NCBI GenBank assembly: GCA_038257035.1 | Contig: JBBSJT010000067.1 | Coordinates: 1 to 13,063, forward strand | From: Chlamydiia bacterium | GTDB taxonomy: Bacteria > Chlamydiota > Chlamydiia > Chlamydiales > Parachlamydiaceae | Reading direction: 5' to 3' | Length of the DNA: 13,063 bases | Shown here: piece after piece, positions 7,474 through 13,063 of the stretch | Layout: every line of letters begins with the position of its first letter | Position numbering within the stretch: the stretch's first letter is position 1 | The notes under the pieces: generated by a model | The model's database searches: none | Told to the model about the DNA's origin: nothing | Seen by the model: the letters and a program-made list of their open reading frames with translations, nothing else | Position numbers and translations under genes: made by a program

Positions 7474-8145
7474 CTAAAGCAAAGACAAAACACAAAAATA
7501 ATGACTGGCACTTCCGCCCAAGACAAATAAGTGCCAGATGCCATGATTGAAGGGGAGTTTGTTCCATACATAAAAAATAGTTCCCACAGTATAGCTTAAA
7601 CCACCTGCAAAAAGTAAGTGCATCGATTGGGCAGGGATCTGTTCAGCTAATGTATTGTAACTGAAGATGACAAGCCAACCCATTGCAAGATAGGCAAGTA
7701 GGGAAAGAATCTGAAACTTTTCAACGGCATAGATTTTTAAAGTTATACCGATCGTTGCAATCGCCCATTCTATACAAAGAATGTCTTGTCCGCCAAAGTC
7801 TTTTAAAGGGCCCAAAGTGAATGGAGTGTATGAGCCGGCAATAAGTAAATAAATGCACGCGTGGTCAACAATTTTTAGGATTTTCTTTTGATCAGGTGTT
7901 TTGCAACCATGATAAAAAGTAGAGGCGCCGTAAAGCATGATCAACGTAATCCCATAAATGGAAGAGCTGATCATGGCCGAAACGTTTTCTGAGAGAATGG
8001 AAAGCCACATCAAATAGCTAATTCCGACCAGGCTTAACAAAAAACCCAATAGATGGGTAAACGTGTTGAAACGCTCTTCATTAAGAGATTGTCCTGAGAC
8101 GGGACATAGGATCAGGCTTTCTCTTTGGCTCTGGCTGCTGTTCAA
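7474..8145 (-). CDS. Hemolysin III / PAQR-family (YqfA/TrhA-like) membrane protein
   Basis: EERFNTFTH, STFYH, DHACIYLLIAGSYTPF, YLAMGW, GGLSYTVG and HGIWHLFVLGGSASHY. TTG start at 8145 with AGGAG 9 nt upstream, inside miaB. Confidence 0.9.
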   Translation of the reverse strand: MNSSQSQRESLILCPVSGQSLNEERFNTFTHLLGFLLSLVGISYLMWLSILSENVSAMISSSIYGITLIMLYGASTFYHGCKTPDQKKILKIVDHACIYLLIAGSYTPFTLGPLKDFGGQDILCIEWAIATIGITLKIYAVEKFQILSLLAYLAMGWLVIFSYNTLAEQIPAQSMHLLFAGGLSYTVGTIFYVWNKLPFNHGIWHLFVLGGSASHYFCVLSLL

Positions 8146-9475
8146 ATTTCAGCTCTCCTATTAAGGTTTGATGAGTATAACTATGTATTTGGATATGCTG
8201 CATAGTGCCGATTAAATCATTTTTTGACAATGGTTCTTTAAAAATTACATTTTTCCAGCATCTTGTTTTTCCTTTATAGTATTCTGAATCTTTTGAATTT
8301 CTGCCATCCACTAATACTTCTACTGTTTGTCCAACCATTTGCTGTAAATGCTTTGTCGTTAGTGTGTCGTTCAACTTGATTAGTCGTTGTAATCTGTCTT
8401 GCTTGATTTCTTCAGGTATGTCATCTACCCAGCGCATGGCAGGAGTGCCTTTTCTTGGGCTATAAGCGTAAGTGTAGGCAACTGAATAATTGATTTCTTC
8501 AATAAGTTTATACGTTTGCATAAATTCATCTTCAGTTTCTGTCGGAAAACCTACAATGATGTCGGTTCCAAGTGAAACATTCGGAACGAGTTCTTTAAGC
8601 ATTTGTACTTTTTCAAGGTATTGTGGAATTGTATAAATACGATGCATTTTTTTCAAAATTCTGTCAGAACCTGCTTGTAGGGGAAAGTGAACGAATTCGC
8701 AAAGAGATTTTAAATCGCGGATGGCTTCCATAAGATTTTGATGAATATCGACAGGATGGCTTGTCATAAAACGAATGCGCTCAAGTCCCGGTATTTTATC
8801 TAACCGATAAAGCAAATCATGAAAAAGAGTTTGATTTTCCGGCTTATCTTTACCATAACTATTAACGTTTTGACCAAGCAGGGTAATTTCCTTATATCCT
8901 TTGTCAACAAGTTGTCTGCACTCTTCTACTATACTGTCAGGGCTTCTTGAAACTTCAGCTCCTCTTGTGTAAGGAACAACGCAATAAGTGCAAAATTTGT
9001 CGCAGCCACGAATAATTGAAACATAAGCTCTTACTTTCTCTTCTCTTTTTGCAGCCGTATAATCAAGCTCGGTTGTGAATACATCATCCGTTCTAATAAG
9101 TTGGGTTTGGGAAGAAGAGGCGACTACTTCATCCAAAACATAATTTAAATCGTGGATATTATTTGTTCCAAGGACAAAATCAACATGGGGAAGTTTTTGA
9201 AAAATAGAATCTTTTTTTGCATTTGCCATGCAACCTGTTACCCCGATAATCGCATCTTTTTTATCACCTTTGCCAAGTTGGCCCAATTTTCCCATTACTT
9301 TTCTTTCGGCAAGATCGCGGATCGAGCAAGTGTTAAAAATAAGAAGATCTGCATCGGATTCCTGCGTCGTCCGTGTTAAACCTCGGTTTACAAGTTGTCC
9401 TACCATCACATCAGAATCCAGTTCGTTCATTTGGCATCCGTAGGTTTTGACAAAAAAAGTTTTTAGTTTACGCAT
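8081..9475 (-). CDS. miaB: tRNA (N6-isopentenyladenosine(37)-C2)-methylthiotransferase MiaB
   Basis: TYGCQMNELDS, NTCSIR, radical SAM motif GCDKFCTYC, LGQNVNSYG, TDIIVGFPTET, YSPRKGTPA and a C-terminal TRAM domain. Confidence 0.96.
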   Translation of the reverse strand: MRKLKTFFVKTYGCQMNELDSDVMVGQLVNRGLTRTTQESDADLLIFNTCSIRDLAERKVMGKLGQLGKGDKKDAIIGVTGCMANAKKDSIFQKLPHVDFVLGTNNIHDLNYVLDEVVASSSQTQLIRTDDVFTTELDYTAAKREEKVRAYVSIIRGCDKFCTYCVVPYTRGAEVSRSPDSIVEECRQLVDKGYKEITLLGQNVNSYGKDKPENQTLFHDLLYRLDKIPGLERIRFMTSHPVDIHQNLMEAIRDLKSLCEFVHFPLQAGSDRILKKMHRIYTIPQYLEKVQMLKELVPNVSLGTDIIVGFPTETEDEFMQTYKLIEEINYSVAYTYAYSPRKGTPAMRWVDDIPEEIKQDRLQRLIKLNDTLTTKHLQQMVGQTVEVLVDGRNSKDSEYYKGKTRCWKNVIFKEPLSKNDLIGTMQHIQIHSYTHQTLIGELKFEQQPEPKRKPDPMSRLRTIS

Positions 9476-9507
9476 TTTAAGGTCCTGATGTAAAGTATTG
9501 AAAAGCT

Positions 9508-9536
9508 ATATTATGTGAAGTTTGATCTTTTTTCAA
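9508..9536 (-). promoter_or_regulatory. Putative housekeeping-sigma promoter for miaB
   Basis: Minus strand TTGAAA (9536-9531), 17-nt spacer, TAATAT (9513-9508), about 30 nt upstream of the miaB ATG. Confidence 0.5.
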
Positions 9537-9565
9537 GGTTATTGGAATAAAAGAAGCAAAAACTC

Positions 9566-9594
9566 TTGGCAAAATTTACACTATTGAGTATGAT
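9566..9594 (+). promoter_or_regulatory. Putative housekeeping-sigma promoter for rplM-rpsI
   Basis: TTGGCA (9566-9571), 17-nt spacer, TATGAT (9589-9594); implies a leader of about 190 nt. Confidence 0.6.
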
Positions 9595-9752
9595 ATGTGA
9601 TTAATAACCTGGATTTACTTGTTTATTTCTTTGATCTTATAGGTAATTTTAGTCTGACTCAACAGTTTTTTAGAGGGTAGCAATAGCTATATTTTAAGAA
9701 AATCTGTGATTAGATTCAAATTTCGTAAGACAGAAATAAGGAGAGTGTCCTA

Positions 9753-9797
9753 ATGCAAAAAAAAGTTAAACGTTCTTACTTAAGGTTCGCAACATGA
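9753..9797 (+). CDS. Putative 14-aa leader peptide (uORF) MQKKVKRSYLRFAT overlapping the rplM start
   Basis: AAGGAG at 9738-9743, ATG at 9753, and TGA at 9795-9797 forming an ATGA overlap with the rplM ATG (9794). Confidence 0.45.
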   Translation: MQKKVKRSYLRFAT

Positions 9798-10237
9798 CGT
9801 TAAATCGAAACAACCAAACAATTTTATTTAGCAAAAAAAGAAATCCACAGTGGATCATTCTCGACGCAGCAGGAAAAACACTAGGCCGCTTTGCTTCTGA
9901 AATTACTAAAATTCTACGCGGGAAACACACTCCTGAGTTTACGACTTTTGCTGATACAGGCGATGGCGTAATTGTTATTAATGCAGAAAAAATCGAAGTA
10001 ACAGGTAATAAAGAAGCTACAAAACTTTATCGCCATTACACAGGACATATCAGTGGATTAAGAGAAATTCCTTATCGCACAATAATGGCGCGCAAACCGC
10101 ACCACATTATTGAAACTGCCGTTAAAGGAATGATGCCACGCACGCGCCTTGCGAATGCACAATTGAAAAAATTACGTATATTTGCCGGTTCAGAACATAA
10201 TCTGAAGGCACAAAAACCAATCACAGCAAACATTTAA
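9794..10237 (+). CDS. rplM: 50S ribosomal protein L13
   Basis: WIILDAAGKTLGRFAS, ILRGKH, DTGDGVIVINAEKI, AVKGMMP. Confidence 0.98.
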   Translation: MTLNRNNQTILFSKKRNPQWIILDAAGKTLGRFASEITKILRGKHTPEFTTFADTGDGVIVINAEKIEVTGNKEATKLYRHYTGHISGLREIPYRTIMARKPHHIIETAVKGMMPRTRLANAQLKKLRIFAGSEHNLKAQKPITANI

Positions 10238-10251
10238 TATAGAGTAAGATT

Positions 10252-10644
10252 ATGGTAGAACAAGAAGTTGTAGCAACAGGTCGTCGTAAAACAGCCGTTA
10301 GCTCAGTCAGACTCAGAAAAGGAACAGGCAAAGTTGATGTAAACGGAGAGACCTTCGAAAAATACTTTCCGCTTCAAATTCAACGCAATACAATTTTAAT
10401 GCCTTTTGAAAAATTACAAGGCAATGGCGCTTATGATATGATCATTCGCACAAAAGGTGGCGGTATCGAGGGTCAAGTAATTGCAACTAGACTTGGTATT
10501 GCAAGAGCACTTCTTCAAGAACATGAAAACTTGCATGCAAGCTTTAAAGAGCAAGGCTTTCTTACTCGTGATTCTCGTAAGAGAGAGCGTAAGAAATACG
10601 GTCTTGCCGGCGCACGTAAGAGATTCCAGTTCTCTAAACGTTAA
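10252..10644 (+). CDS. rpsI: 30S ribosomal protein S9
   Basis: [43 protein letters not shown]. Confidence 0.98.
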   Translation: MVEQEVVATGRRKTAVSSVRLRKGTGKVDVNGETFEKYFPLQIQRNTILMPFEKLQGNGAYDMIIRTKGGGIEGQVIATRLGIARALLQEHENLHASFKEQGFLTRDSRKRERKKYGLAGARKRFQFSKR

Positions 10645-10660
10645 TCTTTTATCGTTTATC

Positions 10661-10694
10661 AAACCGTTTCCTCATTGGAAACGGTTTTTTTTTT
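10661..10694 (+). terminator. Rho-independent terminator of rplM-rpsI
   Basis: AAACCGTTTCC-TCATT-GGAAACGGTTT perfect stem running into a T tract, 16 nt after the rpsI stop. Confidence 0.9.
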
Positions 10695-10816
10695 GCCCCC
10701 ATTGTCAAATGTTATTTTCAATCCACTCAACCCATATCACCCTTTTCCTAATTTGTCTCATACATATATTAACCCCAAATCAAAAAGCAGAGTGTGTACA
10801 GTTTCTTGCACATACC

Positions 10817-10853
10817 AAAACCCTTCTAAAATTTTGTTAGCAAGGGGTTTTTT
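10817..10853 (+). terminator. Second terminator-like hairpin (possibly bidirectional)
   Basis: AAAACCCTTCTAA ... TTAGCAAGGGGTTTTTT, an imperfect stem with an A tract before and a T tract after. Confidence 0.4.
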
Positions 10854-10854
10854 C

Positions 10855-10883
10855 TTGAAAATAAGTAAAATTTCCACTATTCT
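10855..10883 (+). promoter_or_regulatory. Putative promoter for hppA
   Basis: TTGAAA (10855-10860), 17-nt spacer, TATTCT (10878-10883). Confidence 0.5.
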
Positions 10884-10996
10884 TACGCTAATTTGCTTTA
10901 AAAATTGACAAGGCTAGAGCTCTAGTCATTTTGAATTTGATAAAATTTAAAATGCCTCTTTAGCTAATGTAAAAAACCAAAAATAAAGGATTTTAA

Positions 10997-13063
10997 ATGT
11001 TTCAATACATTAATGAAATCGCGATTGCCTGTGGCGTTTTAGCGCTGCTCTATGGGGTAATTACGAGCCGATCGATACTTGCCTTGAACACGGGAAATGC
11101 AAAAATGCAGGAAATTGCAGCTGCTATCCAGGAAGGCGCAAGAGCATATCTTAACCGTCAATACAGTATGATTGCGATGGTAGGATTTGTAGTTTTTCTT
11201 ATCTTGAGTTCTATTTTGGGTTTTGACGTGGGTGTCGGCTACCTTTTAGGGGCTATTTTATCAGGTATTGCAGGTTACATTGGAATGAATGTTTCAGTCC
11301 GTGCTAATGTTCGGACAACAGAAGCTGCAAGATCCGGCCTACAAAACGCTTTAAGCGTTTCTTTTAGATCAGGTGCGGTTACTGGTCTTCTTGTTGTAGG
11401 ACTTGGACTGATTGGAATTTCAGGCTATTATATGGTCCTCCAATATATCGGTAAAGGTACAAGAGAGCTCCTTGAGTCACTCGTTGGTCTTGGATTTGGA
11501 GCCTCTCTTATTTCTATTTTTGCGCGGCTTGGAGGCGGTATTTTTACAAAAGGTGCCGATGTTGGTGCTGATCTAGTAGGAAAAATTGAAGCCGGAATTC
11601 CTGAAGATGATCCAAGAAATCCTGCTGTTATTGCAGATAACGTAGGTGATAATGTTGGCGATTGCGCAGGAATGGCAGCTGACCTTTTTGAAACTTATGT
11701 TGTAACAATTGTGGGTACAATGCTTCTTGCAGGTGCTTTTTTTGTCGGCGATTTAATGAACATAATGATGCTCTATCCTTTAGCGATTTGCTCTATTGGT
11801 GCTGTTGCCTCAATTATCGGAACTTTCTTTGTTCGCCTTGGTAAATCAAATAATATCATGGGTGCTTTATACAAAGGATTTATTGTAACGGCGGTTCTTT
11901 CAGGCCTTGCCATTATTCCTGTTACTTATAATCTGCTCGGCTTTGATACAGTTTATCTAGCTAACGGTCATTCATTTACAGGGTTAAACCTTGTTTATTG
12001 TTCAATTGTAGGTCTTGTTGTTACAGGTTTATTGATCTGGATTACTGAGTATTACACATTAACGACATACCGTCCGGTTAAAAGTATTGCTGCTGCTTCA
12101 ACGACAGGTCACGGAACAAATATTATCCAAGGCCTTGCAGTTTCAATGGAAGCTACAGCTCTACCTGTAATTGTTATCTGTATCGGGATTTTAGTTTCCT
12201 ATCAAAATGCCGGCCTTTACGGAATTGCTATTGCGGCAACAGGAATGTTAGCTTTAGCTGGTATGGTTGTGGCTTTGGATGCATACGGCCCGGTTACTGA
12301 TAATGCAGGCGGAATTGCTGAAATGGCAAAACTTCCGGCTGAAGTTCGTCAAGTTACAGATGCGTTGGATGCGGTTGGTAATACAACTAAGGCTGTTACA
12401 AAAGGTTATGCAATCGGATCTGCAGGTTTTGCCTCATTAGTTCTTTTTGCAGCCTTTATTGAAGACTTGCATCATTACTTTCCGGCAGTCAACATCGACT
12501 TTAGTTTGCTTAACGCATACGTCGTTATTGGTTTATTTATCGGGGGATTACTTCCTTATCTATTTGGTGCTTTAAGCATGATGGCAGTTGGCAGAGCAGC
12601 AGGAGCTGTTGTTGTCGAAGTGCGTCGTCAGTTTAAAGAAATCAAAGGAATCATGGAAGGAACTGCAAAACCTGACTACAGCAAAGCTGTTGATCTATTG
12701 ACAAAAGCTGCAATTAAAGAAATGATTTTACCGGCGCTACTTCCTGTCTTGGCACCGGTTGCTCTTTATTTTTCTATTGCTTTGACAATAGGACAAAGTG
12801 AAGCATTTGCAGCAGTTGGCGCTATGTTGCTTGGTGTTGTCGTTACAGGTCTATTCGTCGGATTGTCTATGACATCTGGTGGTGGTGCTTGGGACAATGC
12901 GAAGAAATTGATTGAAGAGGGCAATTATGGCGGAAAAGGCTCTGATGCTCATCATGCGGCAATTACAGGAGATACTGTTGGCGATCCATACAAGGATACA
13001 GCAGGCCCTGCGATTAACCCAATGATTAAGATCACGAACATCGTCGCTCTTCTTCTTTTAGCT
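10997..13063 (+). CDS. hppA: Membrane-bound proton-translocating pyrophosphatase, K+-independent type; stop lies just beyond the window
   Basis: AAGGA Shine-Dalgarno at 10986-10990 and ATG at 10997 ([20 protein letters not shown]...). In-frame motifs: [75 protein letters not shown] (12377-12394), [23 protein letters not shown]. 689 codons to the window edge. Confidence 0.96.
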   Translation, partial: MFQYINEIAIACGVLALLYGVITSRSILALNTGNAKMQEIAAAIQEGARAYLNRQYSMIAMVGFVVFLILSSILGFDVGVGYLLGAILSGIAGYIGMNVSVRANVRTTEAARSGLQNALSVSFRSGAVTGLLVVGLGLIGISGYYMVLQYIGKGTRELLESLVGLGFGASLISIFARLGGGIFTKGADVGADLVGKIEAGIPEDDPRNPAVIADNVGDNVGDCAGMAADLFETYVVTIVGTMLLAGAFFVGDLMNIMMLYPLAICSIGAVASIIGTFFVRLGKSNNIMGALYKGFIVTAVLSGLAIIPVTYNLLGFDTVYLANGHSFTGLNLVYCSIVGLVVTGLLIWITEYYTLTTYRPVKSIAAASTTGHGTNIIQGLAVSMEATALPVIVICIGILVSYQNAGLYGIAIAATGMLALAGMVVALDAYGPVTDNAGGIAEMAKLPAEVRQVTDALDAVGNTTKAVTKGYAIGSAGFASLVLFAAFIEDLHHYFPAVNIDFSLLNAYVVIGLFIGGLLPYLFGALSMMAVGRAAGAVVVEVRRQFKEIKGIMEGTAKPDYSKAVDLLTKAAIKEMILPALLPVLAPVALYFSIALTIGQSEAFAAVGAMLLGVVVTGLFVGLSMTSGGGAWDNAKKLIEEGNYGGKGSDAHHAAITGDTVGDPYKDTAGPAINPMIKITNIVALLLLA

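Noticed and set aside
7474..8145. Hemolysin III as a virulence toxin
   Set aside because: This is a widespread PAQR-family membrane protein also found in non-pathogens, and the name alone does not support toxin function.
6825..9443. ORFs 6825-7016, 7317-7571, 9152-9379, 9228-9443
   Set aside because: These are alternate or antisense frames of rsgA, hlyIII and miaB. 7317-7571 partly translates the repeat arm (NTENTEKDRERDK).
3934..10644. Cluster of RNA-modification and translation genes (cca, trmH-family, rsgA, miaB, rplM, rpsI) as a novel system
   Set aside because: These are ordinary housekeeping genes in three separate transcription units.
10414..10908. ORFs 10414-10662, 10481-10840, 10675-10908
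   Set aside because: They overlap rpsI or begin within or cross its terminator, with no SD support or protein features.
10905..10936. MerR-type promoter (TTGACA plus spacer dyad)
   Set aside because: There is no credible -10 hexamer at the 19-20 nt spacing MerR promoters require. The dyad is kept only as a possible operator.

Overview
AT-rich bacterial core-genome region, most likely from an environmental chlamydia (Parachlamydiales-like). This is inferred from the pepP-mutL adjacency, the protein styles and a eukaryote-like F-box gene, and is not proven. Left to right: the 5' end of an F-box-like gene (minus strand, not in the ORF track); mutL-pepP (-); cca-trmH-family-rsgA (+); miaB-hemolysin III family (-); rplM-rpsI (+); and a 3'-truncated K+-independent membrane H+-pyrophosphatase hppA (+, not in the ORF track). 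Three intergenic spacers hold four 145-420 bp palindromic REPIN/MITE-like elements of unrelated sequence. One is nested inside another, and one shows compensatory changes that preserve its internal mini-hairpins. Other points of interest are a 14-codon uORF coupled to rplM, a MutL with a degenerate endonuclease motif, and a 65-nt miaB/hlyIII overlap. No tRNA, rRNA, CRISPR array or transposase gene was seen.
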